Shown: positions 1 to 9,159, counted from the stretch's first letter. The stretch is DNA of 46,418 bases from PVC group bacterium (GCA_003561965.1 PWXJ01000317.1:1-46418), one strand, 5' to 3'. A program made the numbers and translations. The notes: generated by a model not told the origin, from the sequence alone.

Positions 1-771
1 GACCAGCCCGCCGGCCGCCGCTTTCTCGACGAAAGCCGCCACCCGGGCCGGGTCGATTTTTCCCAACGCCCCGACGTAGGACTGCCAGGTGGTGGAACCG
101 CAATCCAGGCGGGCGCGGAAGATCTTTTCCGTCGCCTCCCCCCGGGCGGCGTCGGTGAACCAGCCCAGGTTGAAGATCAGGGCGTCATAGAGGCCGCTTC
201 CGGCCAGGACGGCGGCCGTCTCCTCCAGGCAATCCTGGTTCTCCTCGGAGACCACCGTCACCGACTTGACCAGGAGGCGACCGGACGGGTCCGTCCGGCC
301 GAGTTCCCGCAGACGTTCCAGGCCCGCCGAAAGGGCGGCGAAGGTCCCCTCCATCCCCCGGATCCGGTCGTGGATCTCCGGGGGACCGTCCACCGAGACG
401 TCGACCCCGCCCACCCGGTGAGAGACCAGGGCGGGGGCGAATTTTTCCAGGAGCACGCCGTTGGTGTTGATGACCACGTAGTGCCCCTGCCGGTGGAGCC
501 CGGAGAGCAATTCCTCCAGGTGGGGGTAGAGCAGGGGCTCTCCGCCCCAGAGGTAGATCTTCACCCGCCCGGGAGGCAGCCCGGAAAACGCCTCCAGCAG
601 AACCCCGGCGGGGAGGACCTCGCCCCGACTGGAATCCGGCCGCCGCCACTGTCCGCACATCCGGCAGCGGAGGTTACAGCGGGCGGTTAAGTTCACGCTG
701 ACCACCCGCGGCGGCGGCGCGCTATCCCGCCGGGATGATACCCGCCGGGCCCAAAAACCGCCGGTTCTCAT
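1..771 (-). CDS. radical SAM domain protein (N-terminal 257 aa; C-terminus lies beyond the window start)
   Basis: Absent from the supplied ORF track because it has no stop codon in the window. My reverse-strand translation from the ATG at 771-769 reads MRTGGFWARRVSSRRDSAPPPRVVSVNLTARCNLRCRMCGQWRRPDSSRGEVL...KIYLWGGEPLLYPHLEELL...VVINTNGVLL. It has the canonical CxxxCxxC motif (CNLRCRMC) and a GGEPLL motif. The frame stays open to base 1 (771 nt = 257 codons). Confidence 0.8.
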   Translation of the reverse strand, partial: MRTGGFWARRVSSRRDSAPPPRVVSVNLTARCNLRCRMCGQWRRPDSSRGEVLPAGVLLEAFSGLPPGRVKIYLWGGEPLLYPHLEELLSGLHRQGHYVVINTNGVLLEKFAPALVSHRVGGVDVSVDGPPEIHDRIRGMEGTFAALSAGLERLRELGRTDPSGRLLVKSVTVVSEENQDCLEETAAVLAGSGLYDALIFNLGWFTDAARGEATEKIFRARLDCGSTTWQSYVGALGKIDPARVAAFVEKAAAGGLV

Positions 772-841
772 CCGGAGCCAATCCCGGGCGGCCGCCGGAT
801 GGCGGAGGGCCAGCTTGATTTTTTTTCCTGACGGCATCGGT

Positions 842-1675
842 TCAGAGACGGCCGGGGGCCGCCCCGGCCTCCCCGGTTCCCTCTTTCCGAAGCAGAAAGA
901 TCCAGGTCGAGCTTAACACCTCCGGCAGCCTCTGGGAGAGGGAAAAATCCCGGCGGGCCCACGATTCCGGCAACCGGCGGGCGGAGAAGAGCGACTCGAA
1001 AAGAGTCCAGAGGAAAAAGATCCGGTAGAAGCGGAGAAGGCGGAGCCGATTGTTCCGGAAGAGGGCCGCCAGCCGGTCCCGGGTGAAAAAATGCAGGTGG
1101 GGGGTGTCCGGGTTGGCGGTGGTCAGCTCCCGGGCCCCGAGGATCCGCCGGACGCGCCGGATCAGGGCGAAACCCCGGCCTTGTTTCTTCAGCCGGTAGG
1201 CCGGCCGGAAAAACAATTCCGAAATCCCCCAACCGTTGGGAACGGTCAAAAGCAGCAGCGCGCCCGGGGAAAGACGGCCGGCCAGGTCGGTGAAAAAACG
1301 ATCCGCGTCCGGGATATGCTCGAGAACCTCGGTCAGGATCACGACGTCGAAAGCCGAGATATCCTCTTCCTCCATCGGCCGGACCGCCAGGGTGAGGTTG
1401 GGGAAGATGTTTTTCTCCTCCGCCGCCTCGATGGAAGCGGGGTCGATATCTATCGCCCTGACCCGGTAGCCCAGGCCGGCCAGGGGGAGGCAGACGTTGC
1501 CGGTGCCGCAGCCGACCTCCAGTATTCTCACCCGGGCCGGTTCCGGGTAGAAAAGCTCGAGCGAGTCCACCAGGCAGGACAGACGATTCCGCTGTAAGGG
1601 ACTCCGCCGGAACTCTGTGTACCGGAGGTAGCCGCCGGCCTCGGGTTCCGAGTAGGCTAATCTTTCCGCTTTCAT
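842..1675 (-). CDS. class I SAM-dependent methyltransferase
   Basis: 277-aa ORF with motif I ILEVGCGTGNVCLPLAGLGYRVRAIDID and a downstream acidic/VILTEVLEH block. GAGGGA RBS upstream of the ATG. Confidence 0.85.
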   Translation of the reverse strand: MKAERLAYSEPEAGGYLRYTEFRRSPLQRNRLSCLVDSLELFYPEPARVRILEVGCGTGNVCLPLAGLGYRVRAIDIDPASIEAAEEKNIFPNLTLAVRPMEEEDISAFDVVILTEVLEHIPDADRFFTDLAGRLSPGALLLLTVPNGWGISELFFRPAYRLKKQGRGFALIRRVRRILGARELTTANPDTPHLHFFTRDRLAALFRNNRLRLLRFYRIFFLWTLFESLFSARRLPESWARRDFSLSQRLPEVLSSTWIFLLRKEGTGEAGAAPGRL

Positions 1676-1789
1676 CTGTGAGTCCCTCTACCGCCGTTTG
1701 GCGGGGCCGGGAAGGATCGAACCCCCGGGACGAACCCCGGCCGGGGGATCAACCGCCGGCCCGGGGGTGGTAATGCCGAAAGCCCCGAC

Positions 1790-1823
1790 AAAAAAAATCC
1801 CCCTCCTCGGCGGATAGGGGATT
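1790..1823 (-). terminator. candidate rho-independent terminator downstream of the FG-GAP repeat gene
   Basis: On the minus strand the stem AATCCCC (1796-1802) / GGGGATT (1817-1823) has a 14-nt loop and is followed by a run of 8 T (A-run 1790-1797 on the plus strand). Confidence 0.5.
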
Positions 1824-1990
1824 CTCTCTCCCGGTTGATTACCGGATATCGATCAGACGCCACCGGGCCCGGTGAGGAACGAACTTCAAGCCAAGGGCAA
1901 TCGGCCGGCCCCGGAACACCGGGACCGGCCGATCTCCCGCTTCCCCGGTCCGGACCCGCCCGGCCCCGGGGAAATTCCCTTCCAAGCGGC

Positions 1991-3619
1991 TTAAGGTACC
2001 AGGGCGACGGACGGGTTGATCGAAAGCCCGGCGACCGGGATATCGCCTTCTATACCGAAAAAGGCCCGGGTCACGCCCCGGATCGCCCAGAATCCGTTAT
2101 CCGGCCGGAAGATCCCGACCTCATCGGGTAGAAAGCCGGTGAAATTCCCCAGGACCGGCTGATCCCCTTCCCGGCCGAAATAAACCCGGGGGCCGCCCAG
2201 GAAAGCCCAGAGGGCGGTGGAGGGACGGAAAATCGCCGGCGAAGCGGAATAAGCGCCCGGGGCGAAACTGCCGAGGAGCGGCTGATCGCCGGCCCGACCG
2301 AAGAACTCCCGGGGCATTCCCGGAGAGGCCCAGAGGCCGGTGGAGGGACGGAAGATCCCGATCCGCTTCGGGGAACCCCGGCCGTCAAGGTAGAAGGGGA
2401 CGGGGATATCCCCTTCCCGGCCGTAAAATGTCCGGGCTCCGCCCCGGACCGCCCAGAGGCCGGTGGAGGGACGGAAGATGGCGACATCAACCGTTCCATC
2501 GCCGGTATAGTCTCCGGGAACCGGGATATCGCCTTCTCTTCCATAGTGGACCCGGGTCACGTCTCTCACCGCCCAGAGGGCGCTGGAAGGACGGAAGACG
2601 GCGATATCGGTGGTCCCGTCGCCGCTGAAATCACCCGAAGCCGGGATATCGCCTTCTCTCCCGAAGTAGGCCCGGGTAACTCCCCGGATCGCCCACAAGC
2701 CGGAAGAGGGACGGAAGACGGCGATTTCCGAGGTGCCGTCCCCGGTATAGTCGCCGGAGTCGATGACCGGAGAAATATCCGCGGTCCCGTAACCGATATC
2801 CACCTGAACCACCTTGCAGGGATTGCAGGTCAGGGCCCAGAGGTACTGGCCGTCAAAAGCCAGGTCGAGAAAGGCGGCCTTGCTGCCGAAGGTTATCCCG
2901 TGTTCCACCCGGTTGGTGATCTCGATCGTCTTCCCGGTCGGGGTTCCGTTCAGGTAGAATTCGCTGACGAAGTTCCTCCCCGACCTCTCCCCGGTCTCAT
3001 ACCAGTTGGAGATCCAGAGCCGGTCGTCGATCCGGACGATCCCGATGGTGTGGGGCGAGGAATAGGGAAAATTTACCTCAAAGGCGTCGATCAGGGTCCC
3101 GGGGGGGCTGTAACGGTAAACAATGCTCCGGAGGGCGTCGACCACCCAGAGTTCATCCTCCGGCTCGTAGTAGTGGAGCCCGCCGCAATTTCTGACGTTG
3201 AACTTCCCCGAGGGCCGCCGCCCCCCGGTCAGGCGCATAGTGGCGATCGTCGGGCTGTAGTAGGCGTTGCTGATCCAGAAGACTTCCTCCGGCGGCTCGC
3301 CGGGGCCGCGGTCCAGCAGCCCCCAGCTTAAACCGTGGACGCCGGTGCTGGGATGGCTGGGCCAGGGGATCGAGATCTCATCGACGACCGCGCCGTCGCT
3401 GACCCGCCGCTTCCAGATCCGGCTGGTCTTCCGCCAGGATTCGTAAAAATGGTCCGGGTCGTCGGGGAAGAAGGTAATCCCCCCGGCATCCACCGGCCGG
3501 CCCCGCATAAATTCATACACTTTGAGAAACTCCCCGAACTCGCCGCGGGAAACGTTGAATTCCCCGAGCAGGGCCAAAACAAATACGGCCGAGGCCGCGA
3601 CCAGAACAACTTTTTTCAC
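1991..3619 (-). CDS. exported or membrane-anchored protein with an N-terminal beta-rich domain and six FG-GAP-like repeats
   Basis: The ORF is open from 3667. I prefer the GTG at 3619 because an AAGGAG RBS lies 7 nt upstream and the product then begins VKKVVLVAASAVFVLALLG, which looks like a signal or anchor. The C-terminal half is six 40-aa repeats, GD[YF][TS]GDGTx[DE]IAVFRPSxGLWAxRGVTRxxFGREGDIPxx. Confidence 0.8.
   Translation of the reverse strand: MKKVVLVAASAVFVLALLGEFNVSRGEFGEFLKVYEFMRGRPVDAGGITFFPDDPDHFYESWRKTSRIWKRRVSDGAVVDEISIPWPSHPSTGVHGLSWGLLDRGPGEPPEEVFWISNAYYSPTIATMRLTGGRRPSGKFNVRNCGGLHYYEPEDELWVVDALRSIVYRYSPPGTLIDAFEVNFPYSSPHTIGIVRIDDRLWISNWYETGERSGRNFVSEFYLNGTPTGKTIEITNRVEHGITFGSKAAFLDLAFDGQYLWALTCNPCKVVQVDIGYGTADISPVIDSGDYTGDGTSEIAVFRPSSGLWAIRGVTRAYFGREGDIPASGDFSGDGTTDIAVFRPSSALWAVRDVTRVHYGREGDIPVPGDYTGDGTVDVAIFRPSTGLWAVRGGARTFYGREGDIPVPFYLDGRGSPKRIGIFRPSTGLWASPGMPREFFGRAGDQPLLGSFAPGAYSASPAIFRPSTALWAFLGGPRVYFGREGDQPVLGNFTGFLPDEVGIFRPDNGFWAIRGVTRAFFGIEGDIPVAGLSINPSVALVP
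2030..2749 (-). repeat. six tandem 120-nt coding repeats (FG-GAP-like blades)
   Basis: The repeat period of 40 codons is visible in the translation of 1991-3667. The first three copies are nearly identical and the last three are more diverged. Confidence 0.8.
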
Positions 3620-3727
3620 TACAACACTCCTTTGCTTTTCGCCGCTTCGAAGAGCGGACGTTTTCAAGGGTTGGAACCCAACTTCGGGTTAATCTACAAC
3701 CGGAAGGGGCGGGAATCAAGGAAAAAA

Positions 3728-4462
3728 TTAATTAATTTTCCGGCGGCTGACCTCCGGTCCATTTCGCTCGCTTCCGGCCCTTCCGCCAATCGACCGGGCT
3801 CTCGCCTCTCTCCCCGGACTCTTGACGCAGACAAACAGGATGTCCGGCAGGGGAATACCCCGATCGGCGGGGATGACCGTCAGGGAAAATCCCAGGGACC
3901 GCAGGAAGCTCTTCCAGGCGCCGGGCCGGCGGAAGTTCTGCCGCCGGCCGAAATTCAGAACCCGGTCGATGACCAGGTGAGCGTACCATTTCCAGCGGGG
4001 CCGGTCCCCGACGTCTTCAATCAGAAGCAGACCGCCCGGGGCGACGATTTCCCGGCAATGGCGCAGAAGTTCCTCCTGTTCCCCGTAGCTCAGGTGATGG
4101 AGAAAATCGGTCATAATCACGCAATCGAACTCCGACACTTCCAGGTCCCGGCTGTCCCGATAGCGGAATTCGATGTTGGTTCTCCCCCGGACCGTGGCCT
4201 GGGCCGCCCGGATCCGGGTCTCCTGCTTGTCGATCCCCACCACCCGGCGGCCGGGGCCGGTCAGAGCGAGATAATTCGCCAGCATCCCCCGGCCGCAGCC
4301 GATATCAACGATCCTTCCCGATCGGGGAACCTGCCCGGCGATAACCAGAAAGGGGCAGAGCCGCCAGCGGAGGCGGACGTGCCAGCGCTGCCAGAAGGCC
4401 AGGTCCGAATAAAGCCGGTAGAGGTCTTTCGGTATCGGGGGTAAAGGCCTGGGTATCCTCAT
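3728..4462 (-). CDS. class I SAM-dependent methyltransferase
   Basis: 244 aa with motif I IVDIGCGRGMLANYLALTGPGRRVVGIDK and a later VIMTDFLHHL block. Confidence 0.85.
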   Translation of the reverse strand: MRIPRPLPPIPKDLYRLYSDLAFWQRWHVRLRWRLCPFLVIAGQVPRSGRIVDIGCGRGMLANYLALTGPGRRVVGIDKQETRIRAAQATVRGRTNIEFRYRDSRDLEVSEFDCVIMTDFLHHLSYGEQEELLRHCREIVAPGGLLLIEDVGDRPRWKWYAHLVIDRVLNFGRRQNFRRPGAWKSFLRSLGFSLTVIPADRGIPLPDILFVCVKSPGREARARSIGGRAGSERNGPEVSRRKIN

Positions 4463-4465
4463 TAA

Positions 4466-5530
4466 TCAGCCGGCTCCCATATCCCGGGGCGAAGGCCGGT
4501 ACTTCCGGACCAGCCACCAGAACCCCTGGATTACCCCCAGGGACCAGGATATCTTGGTGATAAACTCGAAGGGCATCATTAAAATATATTTAAATCCTTT
4601 CTTCATCGACCAGACCGTCATCCGGAGATGGCTGAGCAGGGAGAGGGCCAGCAGGGCGAGGAAGATCGCCGGGTACCGGAAAAGCAGCGGCAACGAGAGG
4701 AGAGTGAGGAGATGGACCGCCAGTTTGAAATATTCCCCGGGGCTCCCCCGGTGATCGGTGAATTTCCCCGCCCGGCAGACATAGAGGAACTTGTGGCGGG
4801 CGGTCTTGAAGTGCCGCCGCAGGTGCTTGACGACACTGTCGCGGAAATAGTGTTGGACCCGGACGTCCTTCAGGATCTTGATCGTGTATCCGGCCCGGAC
4901 CACCCGGTAGGCGAAATCCACGTCCTCGACCAGGGGCAGGGTCTCGTCGAAGTAACCGACCTGGTCGAAGATCTTCTTCTTGATCGCGAAACAGTACCCC
5001 CAGAAAAAATCCGGCTCGACGAGGTTGCGGACGAAATACTCGTAACCCCGGAAGATCAGGGACGCCACCAGGTTCTCCGGGTTGCTGATATCCCACCAGG
5101 CCATAACCGCCCCCCGCCGCGGATCTTCCACCAGCGGCTCCACCATCCGGCGGATCAGGTCGCCGGGCACCTTGAGGTCGGAGTCCATCGTGATGATGAT
5201 CTCGCCCCGGGCGGCCCGGATCGCCCGGTTGCGGGCGGCCGAGATCCCCAGGTGGGGGTTGGTGATCAGTTTCACCGGGTAACGCCGGACGACTTCCGGG
5301 GTGTCGTCGGTCGAGCCGTCGTCGACCACGATCACCTCGTAATCCGGGTAATCCTGAGGGAGGAGGCTCTCCAGGCATTCCCCGATCATCCGGGCGTTAT
5401 TGTAGATCGGAGTGACCACGGTCACTCCGGGTAAATAGTTATTTTGGTTATCCAAGTCGCGCGCTCCTGAAGATTTATCCCGGTTTTCGGCCCGGGCGGG
5501 GTATTCTAAATCAAGCCGCCGGAAAATCAA
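4466..5530 (-). CDS. glycosyltransferase family 2 with C-terminal transmembrane segments
   Basis: VTVVTPIYNNARMIGECLESLLPQDYPDYEVIVVDDGSTDDT, an ITMDSDL (DxD-like) block and a hydrophobic C-terminus. The stop lies 3 nt upstream of the next gene. Confidence 0.9.
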   Translation of the reverse strand: MIFRRLDLEYPARAENRDKSSGARDLDNQNNYLPGVTVVTPIYNNARMIGECLESLLPQDYPDYEVIVVDDGSTDDTPEVVRRYPVKLITNPHLGISAARNRAIRAARGEIIITMDSDLKVPGDLIRRMVEPLVEDPRRGAVMAWWDISNPENLVASLIFRGYEYFVRNLVEPDFFWGYCFAIKKKIFDQVGYFDETLPLVEDVDFAYRVVRAGYTIKILKDVRVQHYFRDSVVKHLRRHFKTARHKFLYVCRAGKFTDHRGSPGEYFKLAVHLLTLLSLPLLFRYPAIFLALLALSLLSHLRMTVWSMKKGFKYILMMPFEFITKISWSLGVIQGFWWLVRKYRPSPRDMGAG

Positions 5531-5603
5531 GGGAAAGAAGAAACAATGCCGCCGGGCCGGGAAGTCGGAAGAGAATCCGCCGGGCCGCCGGAGGGGAGGG
5601 CGG

Positions 5604-6557
5604 CTACCCGAACCGGCGCCGGAACCATTTCACCGTCTTCTCCAGCCCCGCGGTCAAGCCGGTGGAGGCCTTCCACCCCAGATCCCTGAGGGCTTTTTCC
5701 TGGTTTCCGACAAGCCGGAATAATTCATTTTCCCGGTATGGCAGTATCCTGTCGTCGAGGACGATCTCGGTCCGGAGCGCGGCGGCCACGGCCCCGATCA
5801 GACCGCGGAGGGAGATCTCCCCGCCGCCGCCCAGGTTATATACCTCCCCGGATTTCCCCCCGCGGGCGGCCCGGAGAAAACCCTCGATAACGTCATCGAT
5901 ATAGGTGTAGTCCCGGGTCTGTTCCCCGGCGGTCATCCGGAAAGGCCGGCCGGCCAGCCCGGCCTCGATCAACTGGGGGAGAAAACGCTCCCTCCCCTGG
6001 CCGGGACCGTAAACCAGGAAGAGGCGGAGAACGGTGACCGGGCAACCGCAGGCGGCCGCCCAGTGCCGGCAGAGAAGGGTGGCCGCCGCCTTGGAGAGGG
6101 AATAGGGAGAGACCGGGTCCGGGGGCATATCTTCCCGGAAGGGGGCGGGGTTCCGGCCGTAGATCTCGGCCGTGTCAACCGCGACCAGCCGGTCATAATC
6201 GAGGTTTTCCAGGGCCCGGAGCAGGTTGAGGGTTCCGGTGAAGTTGACCTCCAGGCAACGATCGAGCCCGTCCCGGGATCGGGAAGGATCGGTAACGGCG
6301 GCCAGGTGGAAGATCAGCCGGGGCCGGAAGCCGGCGGCCAGCCGGGCCAGTGGTTTTTCCTCCCGGATATCGAGGGGCCGGATCCCGATCCGGCCTTCCA
6401 GGCCGGATAAACGGGAGAGGTCGGCCCCCGGGCGGACCAGTCCCTCGATCCGGGCCCCCCCGGCCGCCAGACGGCGGACCAGGTGGGAACCGATAAAACC
6501 TTCGGCCCCGGTGACCAGGACCGGGATGCCGGAAAATGATTTCACGGTTTTCGCCAT
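5604..6557 (-). CDS. NAD-dependent epimerase/dehydratase (extended SDR)
   Basis: VLVTGAEGFIGSHLVRRL Rossmann motif and catalytic YSLSK (YxxxK). Confidence 0.85.
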   Translation of the reverse strand: MAKTVKSFSGIPVLVTGAEGFIGSHLVRRLAAGGARIEGLVRPGADLSRLSGLEGRIGIRPLDIREEKPLARLAAGFRPRLIFHLAAVTDPSRSRDGLDRCLEVNFTGTLNLLRALENLDYDRLVAVDTAEIYGRNPAPFREDMPPDPVSPYSLSKAAATLLCRHWAAACGCPVTVLRLFLVYGPGQGRERFLPQLIEAGLAGRPFRMTAGEQTRDYTYIDDVIEGFLRAARGGKSGEVYNLGGGGEISLRGLIGAVAAALRTEIVLDDRILPYRENELFRLVGNQEKALRDLGWKASTGLTAGLEKTVKWFRRRFG

Positions 6558-6630
6558 TGCGGATCAGCCCCCCGGCGCCAAGTAATCGGACGAGTCGAAC
6601 CAATCGGAGGCGGCGGACCTGATCGAACGC

Positions 6631-7641
6631 TCAGGACGGGTCGGTCCCGGCGGACGGCGGGGGTTGACCCTGCAGGAACTCCCGGTACCAGGCGATCGTC
6701 TCTTCCAGCCCCTGTTCCAGGGTGAAGAGCGGCTTCCAGCCCAGGACCCGGCGGGCCTTGGCCGAGTCGAGGTACTGGTGCTTGATCTCTCCCCTGACCC
6801 GGTCGAGAATCCGGGGCTCGATATCTTCCCGCCCCATCAACCTGATGATCAAGGTCACCAGTTCCAGCACATCGGCCTGGCGCTCGTCGCTGAAATTGAA
6901 GGCCTCCCCCCGCACCCCGGGTTCGGCGGTCTTCTCCCCCTGAAGGAGATAGCCTTCGACGGCGTCCCGGACAAAGAAATAATCCCGGATATACTTCCCG
7001 TCGCTCCGGATAACCGGCGGCTCCCCGTTATGGACCGAGCGGATCGTCCCCGGGATGATCCGGTTCCAGTTCAGGTCCCCGCCGCCGTAGAGGTTGCCGC
7101 AGCGGGTAACGGAGACCGGAAGATCGTAGGTTTCGAAGTAGGCCCGGGCGATCAGGTCGGCGCAGCTCTTGGAGACGTCGTAGGGGTGGCGGCCCTGGAG
7201 AGGGGCGTCCTCGCCGTAGGGGAGTTTCTCGTGGGAGCCGTAGGCCTTATCGCTGGAAGCGACCACGATTCTCTTCACCGTCTCCACCCTCCGGCAAGCC
7301 TCGAGGAGGTTCCAGGTCCCCCGGATATTGGCTTCGAAGGTGGAGAGGGGATTCCGGTTGGCGATCCTGACAATGGTCTGCGCCGCCAGGTGGAAGACGG
7401 TGTCGATCTCGTACTCGTTGAGGGCCCGCTCCAGAAGGCGGTAATCCTCCACCTCCCCGCGGACGATATTGATCTTCCCCCAGCAGCCCAGCCCGTTCAA
7501 GTTTGACCGCGGAACCAGGTCCCGGATCAATCCGGCCACGTCGCCCCCCCGGCGGACCAGGGCGTCGGTCAGCCAGGATCCGAGGAGACCGGTGCAGCCG
7601 GTGACGAAAACCCTTCGATCCTTCCAGAAATTCTCATTCAT
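6631..7641 (-). CDS. rfbG: CDP-glucose 4,6-dehydratase-like SDR
   Basis: The N-terminus [23 protein letters not shown] resembles the RfbG signature FWxGKRVFVTGHTGFKGSWL. Also present are FHLAAQ, SDKAYG, PYDVSK and [10 protein letters not shown] blocks. It lies immediately downstream of rfbF. Confidence 0.7.
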   Translation of the reverse strand: MNENFWKDRRVFVTGCTGLLGSWLTDALVRRGGDVAGLIRDLVPRSNLNGLGCWGKINIVRGEVEDYRLLERALNEYEIDTVFHLAAQTIVRIANRNPLSTFEANIRGTWNLLEACRRVETVKRIVVASSDKAYGSHEKLPYGEDAPLQGRHPYDVSKSCADLIARAYFETYDLPVSVTRCGNLYGGGDLNWNRIIPGTIRSVHNGEPPVIRSDGKYIRDYFFVRDAVEGYLLQGEKTAEPGVRGEAFNFSDERQADVLELVTLIIRLMGREDIEPRILDRVRGEIKHQYLDSAKARRVLGWKPLFTLEQGLEETIAWYREFLQGQPPPSAGTDPS

Positions 7642-7642
7642 T

Positions 7643-7670
7643 GTTTACTATCCCCTATTCCCCATTCCCC
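7643..7670 (-). repeat. composite heptamer element (GGGGAAT)2-AGGGGAT-AGTAAAC at the rfbF/rfbG junction
   Basis: The minus strand reads GGGGAATGGGGAATAGGGGATAGTAAACA and then the rfbG ATG. It has the same internal order as the element at 33203-33278. It encodes the last codons (SGNGE) and the stop of rfbF. Confidence 0.7.
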
Positions 7671-8452
7671 GATCTCTTCCAGGGGGCCCGGCCCGAGGAC
7701 CAGAGTTGGTTGAGGCTCTCCATATCCCGGTAGGTGTCCATACAGTGCCAGAAGCCCTCGTGGCGGTAGATCGCCAGCTGGCCGTCCCGGGCCAGCTTCT
7801 CCAGCGGCTCCTTCTCCAGGGAGCAGTCGTCGGTCAGGTAGTCGAAGACCCCCCGCTGGAAGACAAAGAACCCGCCGTTGATCATCCCGGTCTTGACCTG
7901 GGGCTTTTCCCTGAACTCCCGGACCAGGCCGTCTTCCACCTCCAGCTCCCCGAACCGGGTCATCGGGTGGACCCCGGTGACCGTGGCCAGTCTCCCCATC
8001 TTCCGGTGGTGGGCGAGGAGACGGTCGAGATTGATATCCGCCACCCCGTCGCCGTAAGTTACCATAAAGGTATCTTGATCGATATGCGGCTCGATTCGCT
8101 TGATCCGGCCCCCGGTCAGGGTCGACTCCCCGGTCTCGGCCAGGGTGATCCGCCATTCGGGGTGGCGCCGGGTGTGGGGGGTGATCACCTTCCCCGCTCC
8201 CAGGTCGATGGTGAAGTCGTTGGTGTAGTAGTCGAAGTTGAGGAAGTAGTCCTTGATCATCTCCCCCTTGAACCCCAGGGTGAGGATGAAATCCCTGAAC
8301 CCCCAACCGGAATAAATATCCATTATGTGGGTCAGGATCGGACGGGAGCCGATCCTGACCATCGGCTTGGGGCGGTACTCGGTCTCTTCGACCAGACGGG
8401 TCCCCCGTCCGCCGCAGAGGATCACGACCTTGATCGGGCTTCTTTCTTCCAT
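7655..8452 (-). CDS. rfbF: glucose-1-phosphate cytidylyltransferase
   Basis: KVVILCGGRGTRLVEETEYRPKPMVRIGSRPILTHIMDIYSGWGFRDFILTLGFKGEMIKDYFLNF matches the RfbF N-terminal signature. The length is about 265 aa. Confidence 0.9.
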   Translation of the reverse strand: MEERSPIKVVILCGGRGTRLVEETEYRPKPMVRIGSRPILTHIMDIYSGWGFRDFILTLGFKGEMIKDYFLNFDYYTNDFTIDLGAGKVITPHTRRHPEWRITLAETGESTLTGGRIKRIEPHIDQDTFMVTYGDGVADINLDRLLAHHRKMGRLATVTGVHPMTRFGELEVEDGLVREFREKPQVKTGMINGGFFVFQRGVFDYLTDDCSLEKEPLEKLARDGQLAIYRHEGFWHCMDTYRDMESLNQLWSSGRAPWKRSGNGE

Positions 8453-9159
8453 TCCCTCAACTCCTTCCCGAAACGATACCGGGCGATATTCTTCAGAAAC
8501 TCAAATATGGTGCGCGGGGTGACACTGGAACTTCCACCCTCCCTCTTCAGGAAGGTGATCGGGACTTCCGCCACCGAGAGACCGAGAAACCGGGATTTTA
8601 TCATAAGTTCCGCGTCGAGAAACCAGTCCCGGGATTTAAGCTGAAGCCTATCCAGCAATTTCTTCCGGAATATCCGGGGGGTGGCGTTGATATCGTAAAA
8701 CGGCAGTCCGAAAGCCAGGCACAACAGCATCACGTAAACATTGGAGATCCAGGCCCGGACAAAACCATCCTGACGCTGTTTTCTCCGAACCTTGATCAGG
8801 TCGTACCTCTCTTCCCTCAGGTTGAGCAGTTTTACCACGTCGGCCGGATCGACCTGGCCGTCCCCGGCCATATAACCGACCCAGACGCCTTCCGCCGCCG
8901 ACAGCCCGCTGATCACCCCCCAGCCCAGTCCGAGGTTTTCCTTCACCGTGACCTTCTTCAGCCGGGGGTCGGACCCGGTCAGATCCCCGATCAGCCGCGA
9001 GGTCCGGTCCCGGGAACCGTTATCGACCAGGATCAGGTTGAAATCGAACCCGGCCCCTTCCAGGGTGGAGACCAGGTCGCCGACCACCCGGACCACGTTC
9101 TCTTCCTCGTCATAAAACATCAGGACCAGGGAAAGATCAGGTTCTCGATCGGACTTCAT
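8422..9159 (-). CDS. glycosyltransferase family 2 (polyprenyl-phosphate sugar synthase-like)
   Basis: LSLVLMFYDEEENVVRVVGDL...LILVDNGSRDRT and a DGQVDP block. Its 3' end overlaps the rfbF start by 31 nt. Confidence 0.85.
   Translation of the reverse strand: MKSDREPDLSLVLMFYDEEENVVRVVGDLVSTLEGAGFDFNLILVDNGSRDRTSRLIGDLTGSDPRLKKVTVKENLGLGWGVISGLSAAEGVWVGYMAGDGQVDPADVVKLLNLREERYDLIKVRRKQRQDGFVRAWISNVYVMLLCLAFGLPFYDINATPRIFRKKLLDRLQLKSRDWFLDAELMIKSRFLGLSVAEVPITFLKREGGSSSVTPRTIFEFLKNIARYRFGKELREWKKEARSRS

Noticed and set aside
185-1232. Track ORFs at 185-658(-), 370-690(+) and 768-1232(-), in and adjacent to the first 771 nt.
   Set aside because: All have Arg/Pro/Gly-rich translations. The real gene over 1-771 is the radical SAM frame, which is open to the window edge and has CxxxCxxC. 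The ORF at 768-1232 overlaps the well-supported methyltransferase gene in another frame.
1699-1786. A complete tRNA (including long-variable-arm or Sec types) on the minus strand.
   Set aside because: Only the T-arm, the acceptor 3' strand and the CCA are canonical. I could not build D and anticodon arms or a fully paired acceptor stem at either a 64-nt or an 88-nt length. It is therefore reported only as a tRNA-like fragment.
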